Virus record (IMG/VR): IMGVR_UViG_3300027770_000029
Length of the DNA stretch: 64,000 bases
Strand: one strand, 5' to 3'
From: a virus
In this document: positions 37,113-46,258 of the stretch, one piece after another
Layout: every line of letters begins with the position of its first letter
Numbering within the stretch: the first letter of the stretch is position 1
The notes under the pieces: model-generated
Told to the model about the DNA's origin: nothing
The model's input: the letters and a program-made list of their open reading frames with translations, nothing else
Database searches by the model: none
Position numbers and translations under genes: made by a program

Positions 37113-37727
37113 ATGGGAATCAGTGGAAGCAGGATCCGTCGGATCATCAGGGAGGAGCTCCTTGAAGGAATCCTCGACGCAACTTCCGGCTCGACCCGAC
37201 CGGCGCCAGCCAGTGCAGACACCCGGGCTGTGAACCGGACGCAGGATCTCGCGAACGCAAAGAAAACTGCGGATGCTGCTGCGAAGAAGATCTCCTCTGC
37301 TGTCGGATCAAAGAAGCCCGAAGTTTCAAAGATGAGTGTTTCCGATCTCAAGGGTTGGGTCAAAGATTACGGAAAGAACGGTGAGGAGGGAAAGAAGAAA
37401 GCAGCCGATCCCGACGAGATGAAAAAAGCTTCCGCGGCGGTGCTTAACCTCTCGAAACGTGACGCGCAGGGCTCGACCGATATGCTCTCGAATCTCAAGG
37501 ATAACCCTCAGCTGCGGAGTGCGGTGCTTGCTACGCCGGGAATGACGGATATGCAGTCGGCGGTCGACATGAATCTCAGGGCTGCTGGACGTGATCCAAA
37601 GACAGCGGTCGCCGACAGCTGGCGTGAGCTCGGGAAGATGTCGAGCAAGTACAATCTTGCCGAGGAAAGGATTCTACGAATCATCAAGGAAAAAATCCTG
37701 CTGATGTCCAGCAACACGTATAATTAA
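37113..37727 (+). CDS. Tagged protein, paralog of 39108..39827
   Basis: SRIRRIIREE at N-terminus, RILRIIKE at C-terminus. Confidence 0.8.
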   Translation: MGISGSRIRRIIREELLEGILDATSGSTRPAPASADTRAVNRTQDLANAKKTADAAAKKISSAVGSKKPEVSKMSVSDLKGWVKDYGKNGEEGKKKAADPDEMKKASAAVLNLSKRDAQGSTDMLSNLKDNPQLRSAVLATPGMTDMQSAVDMNLRAAGRDPKTAVADSWRELGKMSSKYNLAEERILRIIKEKILLMSSNTYN

Positions 37728-37747
37728 GCAACGGAGGTTTTAAAGTT

Positions 37748-38170
37748 ATGAGAATTAAAGAGAGCAGAATACGTCAGATCATCAAGGAAGAAGCGTCCAG
37801 GGTAATTCGCGAGGCGAGCGACGACCTCCCGGGACCCAAGTTCCCCCCGGGCAGCGTGAAGCGTCCGGGCCTCGGCGCTTTCGGCAACTTTGAGCCCCCC
37901 GAGGGCTGGGATGACGAGGAGGATTACGAGGATGAGGAGGGCGGTGAGGGCCCTCGTGGATGGCACGGTAGAGGACTCTTCGGCGAGGAGGACTTCCTCG
38001 ACAGCGGAAACCCGGAGCTTGATTCCGCCTGGGGTGAGTGGGTCTCATGCACCGATCGTGTGTTGGGCATGCTCGACAGCATGGGCACCCACGAGTTCCC
38101 GCAGGAGGATGACCCGCGCTCCAAGATCAGCGTCTCGCGTATGATGCGTGATTACATCGAAAATCGCTGA
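37748..38170 (+). CDS. Tagged acidic protein (MRIKESRIRQIIKEE)
   Basis: Late motif 37720. Confidence 0.8.
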   Translation: MRIKESRIRQIIKEEASRVIREASDDLPGPKFPPGSVKRPGLGAFGNFEPPEGWDDEEDYEDEEGGEGPRGWHGRGLFGEEDFLDSGNPELDSAWGEWVSCTDRVLGMLDSMGTHEFPQEDDPRSKISVSRMMRDYIENR

Positions 38171-38278
38171 TTCCCCGCGGACGCGCAGAGCGCCCAAAAG
38201 TGCCCCGGGCCGGAAGCTTATCCGCCGGGGCGCTTCTTTGCTCGGATCACCATACTTATCGACCAGGAGATTGGGAAA

Positions 38279-39084
38279 TGAGGGTCACGGAAAGCGCGCT
38301 GCGCCAGATCATCCAGGAGGAGCTCACGCTGCTCTCCGAGGTTGTGAAGAACACGCACGGTTACAGCGTGAGATCGGTGGGTGATGTGACGTGGACACCC
38401 GATAAGCGGCGAATCCCGGCTGATCGAAATCCGTTCGTCGGGAGCTCGCCCGCTTTCGATAGCTGGTACAACGATGGTCAGATGTCCCGTCGCTGGAGCA
38501 AGGAGTTCGAGAGGCCGAACGGGGACGTCACGACGCTCCGTGGAGCGAACGACATCTACTTCAACGATGGTGATCACGTCATCGTCCCGACCCTGGACAA
38601 GATCGATGGCATGTACACCCTCCCAGGCGTCGTGATGAACATCCACCACAAGGATCCCGAGGCTCTCGGAGTTCCTGGAGCAGCGCGTGGCGCCACAATC
38701 CCGCTTGTCGATGTCAGGTGGCAGCTGGCGGGAACGAACAGGACAACCTGGCTCCGTGATGTTGGTCTCGCCTTCCTCATCAAGCTCGGCGGTGAGAGAA
38801 TGTTCGATCCTGTCGCTGCAGCAAGCACGGCGATGAGGTATCACAATAAGGGTCGTGAGGAGCAGGACGAGAAGGATTCCCGCGCGGCTGAACGGGCTGC
38901 GCGCCGGGCTGCGCGTGAGGACGAGGATATACCGCTTCCCAGGCGTGAGCCTGAAGCTCCAAGCTCATCACCTGCCCGTGCGATCAGGAGGGTCGGTGGC
39001 GTCGCTGCACCGCCTCCAGAGAGAAAGCCACAGAAGATGTCGGATGCTGAGATCAGGCAGATGCTGGGTCTTCGTAAACGCTGA
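38279..39084 (+). CDS. Tagged protein (MRVTESALRQIIQEE)
   Basis: Late motif 38252, SD. Confidence 0.8.
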
Positions 39085-39107
39085 GGTCGAAACCGGAGAT
39101 TCTTGGG

Positions 39108-39827
39108 ATGCGTATCACAGAAAGTCAGCTGCGCCAGATCATTTGGGAAGAGATCACCGAAAGTAAACTTCCGGGACTCTGGAAGAATATCGAAAGGAGA
39201 CGTAAGGCTGGAAAGAGAAAGCTTCGTCCCGGGGAAAAGAATTACCCAAAGACGCTCAAGATCGATGAGATCGAATCTGTTGTTGAGGGAATTCTTGACG
39301 GAATCTCTGGCGCGACAAAACCGACCCCCGTGCCACCGGACGTGAAAGCAGCCAACAGGCAACGAGATATCGAGAACTCGAAAAAAGTGAGCGATGCTGC
39401 GGCCAAGAAGCTCAGCCCATCCATAACTCCGAAAAAGTCAGAGATCGAGAAGATGCCTGTCGCTGACGTGAAGAAGATGGTAAAGGATTTCGGAAAAGAC
39501 AAGGAAATTCCCGATAAAGAGGATTCAAAGAAAGCCGCGGCGGCCGTTCTCAACCTTTCGAAACGAGACGCCCAGGGAGCCAACGACATGCTTTCGATCA
39601 TGAAGTCAAACCCGAAGCTCCGTGCGGCGGTCGTCAGCACCCCGGGCATGATGGACATGCAGTCTGCCGTTGACGCGAACCTGAAGGTTAACGGAAGGGA
39701 CCCGAGCACCGCGGTCTCGGATGGGTGGAGAGAGCTCGGCAGGCTATCGAGTAAGTACAATCTCTCCGAATCCCAGGTGATTCGTATCATACGGGAAGAG
39801 CTTGAAGCTTTCGACGAGATGTACTGA
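39108..39827 (+). CDS. Tagged protein with GLWKNI..RRKAG...PGEKNYPK insert, paralog of 37113
   Basis: Shared AAAVLNLSKRDAQG...TPGM.DMQSAVD...WRELG..SSKYNL. Confidence 0.8.
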   Translation: MRITESQLRQIIWEEITESKLPGLWKNIERRRKAGKRKLRPGEKNYPKTLKIDEIESVVEGILDGISGATKPTPVPPDVKAANRQRDIENSKKVSDAAAKKLSPSITPKKSEIEKMPVADVKKMVKDFGKDKEIPDKEDSKKAAAAVLNLSKRDAQGANDMLSIMKSNPKLRAAVVSTPGMMDMQSAVDANLKVNGRDPSTAVSDGWRELGRLSSKYNLSESQVIRIIREELEAFDEMY

Positions 39828-39860
39828 TAAACGAAGCTTTAAGGCTGGTATAATGCCACG

Positions 39861-40094
39861 ATGAAACGTCTCTACTGTCTCTTCACCATCACCCACAACA
39901 CGCATTACACGACAATCCAAGGCTGCGAGCCGACGGAAGATTACGAGCTGCTGGAAAATATTCGTGGGCTGGTCTCGGTCGTCAAGAAGCCCAGCAGATC
40001 AGCTATAACGGAAATCCTTGAGACTGATGAAAGATGCGTCCTGACCGAGGCTGGGCAATCCGAGCTCCAGGAGATACGAAAGCAGCTCTCCTGA
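39861..40094 (+). CDS. Hypothetical protein
   Basis: Preceded by TGGTATAAT. Confidence 0.6.
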   Translation: MKRLYCLFTITHNTHYTTIQGCEPTEDYELLENIRGLVSVVKKPSRSAITEILETDERCVLTEAGQSELQEIRKQLS

Positions 40095-40146
40095 AATCAT
40101 GCAACCGCCTTCGTACCGTGGTAGTATGGTTACATAAGGAGGCGGT

Positions 40147-40890
40147 ATGGAAATCACGATGGATCAAATCCGGGAGCTCCACGGTCAATATGTCGAGGCT
40201 GGGCTCGGTGAGACAAGCTCGGGACGATTCCTTCGAAGCATCACTGTCGAGGGTCGCATGCCTCGTGGGCGTGGTGAGAGCTGGCTTCGGGATCTCATCA
40301 CGAAGGGTAACCCGCAGAGTGTCTCCCCTCTCGTAGCTGAGATCGAGGACCTGATGCTTCGTTCCAAGCGTCAGGACACGATCCTGATCCTCTCCAACAT
40401 TCTAAACCGCGTGAAGTCCGGTTGGATGCTCACTGATCACAAGAAGTCTGAGCTTGAGCGCCTGAGGAAGCAGGTGAATGATGCTCTTCCCGACCTCGAG
40501 CTCACTTCGCGTCAGGTGGAGCTGCTCTTCGGTCTTGGGGTTCGAAAGCATCGCTCCTCCTACAACTACTGGGCAAGTCGTCCCGTCATTTCAGGACGAC
40601 TCGACGATATCTTCAGGCGTTGGGGGTCAGATCTGAAGATCTCCCCGGATGACTGGCAGTTCGTTCGCGATAACTTCAAGAGCGTTGTCGAGGAGTTTGA
40701 GGGAGAGCGGCACCCTGTCGGCGCTCTGCGCTGGTCTCGTGGTTCCCTAACAGCCTACACGATCATGGGACTGCCACAGTTCAATGAATACGGGGTCGTT
40801 GTGATCGAGACTCTTCAGGCTGGGCGAGGAGTTGTCGCTGTACCAGCAGCGGGTCTCCTGATTCGTCCGCCCAAGCTTGTGCAACGGTAG
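40147..40890 (+). CDS. Hypothetical protein, 247 aa
   Basis: Promoter 40099 plus SD. Confidence 0.75.
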   Translation: MEITMDQIRELHGQYVEAGLGETSSGRFLRSITVEGRMPRGRGESWLRDLITKGNPQSVSPLVAEIEDLMLRSKRQDTILILSNILNRVKSGWMLTDHKKSELERLRKQVNDALPDLELTSRQVELLFGLGVRKHRSSYNYWASRPVISGRLDDIFRRWGSDLKISPDDWQFVRDNFKSVVEEFEGERHPVGALRWSRGSLTAYTIMGLPQFNEYGVVVIETLQAGRGVVAVPAAGLLIRPPKLVQR

Positions 40891-41013
40891 ACGGGACCTG
40901 GTATACTAGTAACATAAGGAGTGAATCATGGCAAGTCTCTGGCGTAACTTCTGGCTCTTCACCTTCGTCCTCGCGATCTTCGGTCTCATCATGACCGCCC
41001 TTCGGGGTCGGAA

Positions 41014-41823
41014 GTGATCATGCGATTCAAAACCTTCTCCCTCGAGGAAGCACTCACGCCCGGAGCGCGAGCTGACCTCAATCATATTCTCGCGGATGTC
41101 CCCTGCGTCGGAACTGCCCTGGACATGGGTGGGTGGATTTGTGGCGGGTTCGCTCGGCACCTGCTTCTCGATCGTGCGAGTCGCACATACTTCAGGTCCA
41201 TCTCTGGTGAGACTCCGCTCGGTGACATCGATCTGTTCTTCAACTCTCACGCGGACGTTCTCGCTGCAACGCCCAAAGGGGTCCGAAAAAGTCTCGCGGG
41301 ATTCGCGAAGGAGCTCAACGACCTTGTGAAGGTCCAGTTCGTTGATGACCCAGATCTCATCAAGCCGACGATCAGGGAGACACTCTCAAGCTTCGACATC
41401 GTGAACTGCCAGGTTGCGATCAACAATCGATGCGTTGTCATGCCCGAAGGATGGCGAGAGCTCGAGGCGAGTAAGCTTCTTCAGATCGCACGAAACGACA
41501 CACCCTTCCTCGGAAGCCGCCTCCTGAAGTACCTGAACCATCGCGGCCTCGAGGGTCTCACGGATGACTCCTACGAGGCTCTCACGGGCTGGCTCGCTCA
41601 CGCCGCGAATGACTTCAAGGAGGGTGGATGGAACGATCAACACATCAACGGCGTGAAGGGACACGTCAAGAAGCTTCGTGAGCGTGGTCTCGTCCGTCGT
41701 GAGGATCTCATCTTCTTCATCAACAAGTGGAAGGAGATTGTCCTCGAGGGTCGGTACGGGTCCTCCCACGCGTACGAGGTCGATTGGGCGCTGAATGAGC
41801 TCTCAACCGAATCTAGCCCTTAA
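41014..41823 (+). CDS. Nucleotidyltransferase-like protein (CCA/poly(A) polymerase head-like)
   Basis: GGFAR...GDIDLFF...SSFD pattern. Confidence 0.7.
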   Translation: MIMRFKTFSLEEALTPGARADLNHILADVPCVGTALDMGGWICGGFARHLLLDRASRTYFRSISGETPLGDIDLFFNSHADVLAATPKGVRKSLAGFAKELNDLVKVQFVDDPDLIKPTIRETLSSFDIVNCQVAINNRCVVMPEGWRELEASKLLQIARNDTPFLGSRLLKYLNHRGLEGLTDDSYEALTGWLAHAANDFKEGGWNDQHINGVKGHVKKLRERGLVRREDLIFFINKWKEIVLEGRYGSSHAYEVDWALNELSTESSP

Positions 41824-42514
41824 TGATCTCAGAGACAATCTCACGAATTAATTTCTCCGAAAGAGGTCCGAACTTAACGTCGAATCTGACGCTGTTAACG
41901 TTCACTCCGCTTCTAAGGCTCATGTGATTTCTCTCATCAGCCTGTGACCTGCTGACCCCAGTAGCTTTGTTGAAGATGGTTCGTGCTAGATCACTTTTGA
42001 TTAGATCGATCTCTTGCTCGATCGCTGTGATCGCCGCGTCTCTTGTCATTGTGGACGTGTTTATTGATTTTGCTGGGGTGAAACCCATAGACTGCTGTTT
42101 GTTCGCTAAATTATACAGCTCGTCGTAAAGAAAATCAGAACGTATTGTCCAAATCTTGTATTCCTTTTTCTTTTTAAGATCTAATGATCCCTCAGTGAAA
42201 AAGTACCATTTGTCAGTTACCCTTCGGACTCCGACAGAGTCGTTCGGAAATTGTCTGTGCTCGGTGCTTGAGTGCTTGATCTCGATCTCAACATTTCGGA
42301 ATACGGCATCTGGATGCGTCTCTTGTCTTCTGTCACCCAGAGCATCGCGAATAGCTCCCTCCATGACGTGGTCGACCCACGGCGTCAAATGAACTTTGAG
42401 AACTACTTTGTGGTTCGCTACATTCATTTGACCCTGCATCTCTGCGTAGAGAGGATCAGAGCTTGATTTTTGATCCGCGTCGTTTAGAGCTTGTCTAAAA
42501 TCATTCTTGTACAC
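41813..42514 (-). CDS. Hypothetical protein with C-terminal KLIREIVSE helix
   Basis: Long minus-strand ORF, no competing + ORF. Confidence 0.65.
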   Translation of the reverse strand: MYKNDFRQALNDADQKSSSDPLYAEMQGQMNVANHKVVLKVHLTPWVDHVMEGAIRDALGDRRQETHPDAVFRNVEIEIKHSSTEHRQFPNDSVGVRRVTDKWYFFTEGSLDLKKKKEYKIWTIRSDFLYDELYNLANKQQSMGFTPAKSINTSTMTRDAAITAIEQEIDLIKSDLARTIFNKATGVSRSQADERNHMSLRSGVNVNSVRFDVKFGPLSEKLIREIVSEIIKG

Positions 42515-42527
42515 GGGTCAGCCTCGC

Positions 42528-42896
42528 TCAATAATCACGATCGCGATCACGATCACGCATGAATGACTTGAATCGATCAAGCTCGCTCCTCTCGCGATCG
42601 GTCGCCGCCCCACCGAAGGGCTTTTCATCCTGCTCGTCTGGGTCGCCCGCAGCTTTATCGTGAAGCTCTTCAACGTGATCAAGAAGTCCAGCGAGAGTGA
42701 CGACTGCATCATCATCCATCTCGGACCCTTCGTCATTGATCATATCTTCGATCATGCTCTTGATCTTTCCAAGCGCTCTCTGAAGATCCGACTGCTCGCG
42801 AGGTTTCGGGCCGCCGCCGAACTGGGTGTGAATGACCTCGCCCTCCGAGATTCGAGCGAGCTCCTCGCGAATAATCCTCTTGATGTTGATTGACAC
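42528..42896 (-). CDS. Tagged protein (IKRIIREE)
   Basis: Minus-strand late motif 42914, SD GAGG, GTG start. Confidence 0.7.
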   Translation of the reverse strand: MSINIKRIIREELARISEGEVIHTQFGGGPKPREQSDLQRALGKIKSMIEDMINDEGSEMDDDAVVTLAGLLDHVEELHDKAAGDPDEQDEKPFGGAATDRERSELDRFKSFMRDRDRDRDY

Positions 42897-42960
42897 ACGC
42901 ACCTCTTGAGATCTAAATATTCGGCTCACGTGTTAAACTTCACGGTGATCCCTTAAAGTT

Positions 42961-43917
42961 GTGAAAGCTTTAGGAGAGATCGTGGCTTTATTCAGATCTG
43001 CTTCGGCGATCTACCGTGAAATTGAATCTTCGCAGGGTCTTTTCAAGTACAACAAAATCAGGTTAACGCTCCGAGATCCCAAGGCCAAGCCTTTTTCGGG
43101 CATGAGCGATGATGAGATCAAGCACTTTCTGTCATCGATGATTGAACGTGTTGGACTGGTCGTTCATCAGATTCTCGTTCCTGGTTCTCCCGGCTCGAGA
43201 TCGAGTAAATTCCCGACTTTCGTAGTCGGTGAACCTCGAAGCTCACGCAAGTTCACGATAGTGTTCGGATACGCCCATTCTGCCGCTGAGGAGATTCAGG
43301 TAACCGAGCTTTCACGAGCGTTGCAACGAATCATTGACGAAAACGGTTTCGCCAAAGTGTGGAACGGTCGAGGATTTGTCATCGTCAACGGAATCATACG
43401 AAAGGGCGGAAGCCGAGTGAAAGCTGACGCGATTATGCACCTTGACGGCAATCCACAAATTTCGATCTCACTCAAGAACCTGGCGACCGGAAAGGCGAGC
43501 GAGATGCAGGGATGGTCAGGAGTTGTGGGTGTGCGCGGAGATCGACAAATCGTTGATTTTGCCGATTCTACGCACATGTCTGGATCATCGAGAACTTGGC
43601 GCCGTCTAAGCGATGATTCTTTGAAGCAAAATGCGTGCTGGGGATCCGGCTCCGACCGGGTCGACGTCATCGTGGCTGGGTCGCGACTTGATCTTGTTCC
43701 AGACGGAGAGGGCTACAGGATCAGCGCGGCGCGACTCGGTGGAATCTGGTATGAATGCGATGGGAAAATTCCTGACGGCGATTTTGAGCCCGTTCTCTTC
43801 TGCCGTCCGAGCGGGGATCATTCGATCATAACAAGCTCAGGGATTGTTCAGGGGACGAGGATGATGATCGCTCCTGTCGCTCATGCAAGGGCGAGCAGTC
43901 GATCGATCGAGATCTAG
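42961..43917 (+). CDS. PD-(D/E)XK restriction-endonuclease-like protein
   Basis: KAD...ISISLK motif. Confidence 0.55.
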   Translation: MKALGEIVALFRSASAIYREIESSQGLFKYNKIRLTLRDPKAKPFSGMSDDEIKHFLSSMIERVGLVVHQILVPGSPGSRSSKFPTFVVGEPRSSRKFTIVFGYAHSAAEEIQVTELSRALQRIIDENGFAKVWNGRGFVIVNGIIRKGGSRVKADAIMHLDGNPQISISLKNLATGKASEMQGWSGVVGVRGDRQIVDFADSTHMSGSSRTWRRLSDDSLKQNACWGSGSDRVDVIVAGSRLDLVPDGEGYRISAARLGGIWYECDGKIPDGDFEPVLFCRPSGDHSIITSSGIVQGTRMMIAPVAHARASSRSIEI

Positions 43918-43985
43918 AAAAATTGCAAAACTTGTGCAAACGTGACGCGAGTGTGGTATATTATGTTCATAAGGAAAAGATTGGC

Positions 43986-44198
43986 ATGCTTACCACGGAT
44001 CAAGTCTCTGCTCGGCAGTCCACCATCGGACATTACGGATTTCACTATCCTGATTTTAGCGTTGCGGAGGTTGAGATCCCAACGGGCACTCGTCTTGAAG
44101 CCTTCAGCTGGTCTCCCCAGCTCGGTCATCAAGCTTTCAAGTGGGAGAGAGATTCTGGATCGATCGTCATTTGGATCGAATCTGAAAAGCTTAAGTAA
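43986..44198 (+). CDS. Hypothetical protein
   Basis: Promoter 43934 plus SD. Confidence 0.55.
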   Translation: MLTTDQVSARQSTIGHYGFHYPDFSVAEVEIPTGTRLEAFSWSPQLGHQAFKWERDSGSIVIWIESEKLK

Positions 44199-44266
44199 TC
44201 TCCTTCGGACCATGGTGAAACAGGATATCGCAGAACTTGAATACTTAGTCAAGGTAAGGAGTTCAA

Positions 44267-45022
44267 GTGATTTGTGAGAACTGTTCAGCAGAACACTCGG
44301 GAAGCTATGGGAGTGGAAGATTTTGCAATTCCAAGTGTGCAAGAGGTTATTCTACAAAGACAAAGCGAGCTGAGATCAGCAAGAAAGTCTCAGCATCCAT
44401 TAGACGTGCCCATGGAACGGACTTGCTGACATGTCCGTCCTGTCAGTCCCAGTTCTCATGGGATCATTTTGCGACTGCAGCTGAAAAACTTGGCACAAAG
44501 GAAACTAAGTTTTGCAGCAAGACTTGCAAACGAGCAGCGAAAGATTCTCAAAATTGTTCTCCTGTTTTTCGACAGAAAATGTCAGATGCCGCGGTCAGGA
44601 GACTAGAGATGGGAGACGTTTGGTTTGGGAAGCAGAATCACATTGAAGCTTTCGGAAAGTCGATAAGGTGTGACTCTCTTCTTGAGAGAAGCTTTGTTCT
44701 AATGATGTCAAGAAACTCACTCATCAAAGATGTAAGAAGATCTGGCGTTTGGATTCCCTACGCGGATGACGAAATCAAGCGACAATACAATCCTGACTTT
44801 GTTGTTGAGTTTTCTGACGGGACTCTTGCAGTCGCTGAAGTCAAATCTGAAAGAATAGGAAAACGCGACGTCTGGGAAGATTACAGAAAGAAGTCAGAGA
44901 TCAAGCGCAGACTCCTTGAGGATTACGCAGCTTCCAACGACATGAAATTGATCTGGTACACTCAGAAAACTTCTCCACAAACTTATAAAGAAGTTTGTAA
45001 ATGCATTTCACCTGTAGTATAG
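44267..45022 (+). CDS. Free-standing endonuclease: Zn-finger N-terminus plus TnsA-like PD-(D/E)XK domain
   Basis: CENC...SYGSGRFC..KC; DSLLE...YNPDF...AEVK. Confidence 0.75.
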   Translation: MICENCSAEHSGSYGSGRFCNSKCARGYSTKTKRAEISKKVSASIRRAHGTDLLTCPSCQSQFSWDHFATAAEKLGTKETKFCSKTCKRAAKDSQNCSPVFRQKMSDAAVRRLEMGDVWFGKQNHIEAFGKSIRCDSLLERSFVLMMSRNSLIKDVRRSGVWIPYADDEIKRQYNPDFVVEFSDGTLAVAEVKSERIGKRDVWEDYRKKSEIKRRLLEDYAASNDMKLIWYTQKTSPQTYKEVCKCISPVV

Positions 45023-45061
45023 TATCAATGTGGTTGGAACAAACCAAGCACTCTTCGGAAC

Positions 45062-45138
45062 GTCCTCATACCGGCTTCGTTTCCTAAACGAAGTACCGTA
45101 ACTGGATTATGCTGGTTCGAGTCCAGCTGAGGACGCCA
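45062..45138 (+). tRNA. tRNA-like RNA, Arg(CCT), lacking a D-arm
   Basis: 7-bp acceptor GTCCTCA/TGAGGAC, G73, CCA, T-arm GCTGG-TTCGAGT-CCAGC, loop TTCCTAA. Confidence 0.65.
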
Positions 45139-45142
45139 CTTT

Positions 45143-45237
45143 GAACATGGACGGCGGGTGTACAGTATCCCATGCAAATGGGGAGCACAGCTGGACCGGG
45201 ACTGATGACGCTGTACGGGCTCCGGGTCTCCATGTTC
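45143..45237 (+). ncRNA. Unassigned structured RNA
   Basis: 9-bp closing helix GAACATGGA/TCCATGTTC; GTACAG/CTGTAC; GACC/GGTC. Confidence 0.4.
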
Positions 45238-45247
45238 TTTCTTCAAT

Positions 45248-45321
45248 GCTTCGCTGGCCTAGCGGTCGGGCAACTGCCTTCCAAGCAGTCTAGACCAGTT
45301 CAACTCTGGTGCGAAGCTCCA
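45248..45321 (+). tRNA. trnG: tRNA-Gly(TCC)
   Basis: Cloverleaf, ACTGC-CTTCCAA-GCAGT, U73, CCA. Confidence 0.9.
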
Positions 45322-45337
45322 CTTCAAAACTCAATAT

Positions 45338-45609
45338 GCCCGATTAGCTCAGTTGGTTAGAGCAACGGACTGTCAAATGGCAGCTTTGGTGGGTAACCAC
45401 CATCGAAAAGATCGTAAATTCGGTGAACTCCCTGTCGAAAGACGAGACAACGCCGAGCCAAGCCCGAAAGGGAAGGTGTAGAGACTGTAATCGATCCATC
45501 CCACCGGGATGATGGCACAGTCCAGACCACGAACGGTGAGAACCGGCGATGAAAATCGAAGTGGCACGTAATCCGTGGGTCCCCTGTTCAAGTCAGGGAT
45601 CGGGCGCCA
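45338..45609 (+). tRNA. trnN: tRNA-Asn(GTT) split by group I intron (exons 45338-45373, 45569-45609)
   Basis: Joined exons give ACGGA-CTGT|TAA-TCCGT, G73, CCA. Confidence 0.88.
45374..45568 (+). mobile_element. Group I intron (~195 nt, IC-like) in tRNA-Asn
   Basis: P AAATTCGGTGAA, Q AACGCCGAGC, R GTGTAGAGACT, S GGCACAGTCC; terminal G; U.G P1. Confidence 0.88.
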
Positions 45610-45616
45610 TATCAAT

Positions 45617-45707
45617 GAGACCGAGCCTGGCGGGCACACCCGACGGGGTGCAGGTTGGTTCAATTCCAACGGGGTCAAACGTGGTTCGAATCCACGCGGT
45701 CTCATCA
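45617..45707 (+). ncRNA. tRNA-like RNA with two T-loop hairpins
   Basis: GAGACCG/CGGTCTC acceptor; GTTGG-TTCAATT-CCAAC and CGTGG-TTCGAAT-CCACG. Confidence 0.5.
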
Positions 45708-45709
45708 CT

Positions 45710-45823
45710 TTCCCACCCCAGACCGCCGGATAACCGGCACCACTCGCAACCAGTGGTATCTGCGTTAGCACGGTCAGAAAGTTTGAGGCTTCAGTCTCAT
45801 TCGCGCAGATTAAGGGGTGGGAA
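45710..45823 (+). ncRNA. Unassigned pseudoknotted RNA
   Basis: 10-bp closing helix, three hairpins, crossing GACC/GGTC and ATCTGCG/CGCAGAT. Confidence 0.5.
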
Positions 45824-45847
45824 TTAACAAACAACAGCGGAGACAAA

Positions 45848-46153
45848 ATGATTTACGAAATCGTGATCGTTGCCGACACAAACGATGCTGACTACGTCAC
45901 AAAGATAAGTGACATTACTCCTGGCGAACTCGAACGATTTACACCTCTGATTGCAGAGATTGCAAAAGTCAAGCACTACAATTGGGACACTTCGGCGTAT
46001 GGAGATGATGAAGACAAGCCAGAGATCATGTATTCTCAGTTTGCCGAGCTGGTGGAGGAATTTGGGGAGTTTGTCCCGCACGGCGAACACGGTGTTCACA
46101 CCATCAAGTCTATTGTTTATTACGAAAAGCCCACAAAGATTGTTCTTCTTTAA
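45848..46153 (+). CDS. Acidic hypothetical protein
   Basis: SD GGAG. Confidence 0.75.
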   Translation: MIYEIVIVADTNDADYVTKISDITPGELERFTPLIAEIAKVKHYNWDTSAYGDDEDKPEIMYSQFAELVEEFGEFVPHGEHGVHTIKSIVYYEKPTKIVLL

Positions 46154-46258
46154 ATAAAAACCATGCAAACCGCCCGCGGGCATGTTATAATAAGAACATA
46201 AGCTGGATCGGATCGGACGCCACTAAGAATCTGCTCATTAGATGACCACTACCATTAT

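Noticed and set aside
44267-45022. Tn7-like transposon because of the TnsA-like domain
   Set aside because: No TnsB or TnsC genes and no transposon ends. A stand-alone nuclease fits better.
45202-45210. CTGATGA as a hammerhead ribozyme core
   Set aside because: No stem II followed by GAAA in the required arrangement.
45617-45707. tRNA-Sec or opal suppressor (TTCAA loop)
   Set aside because: The loop TTCAATT reads as a T-loop, there is no long variable arm or CCA, and other genes show no sign of TGA read-through.
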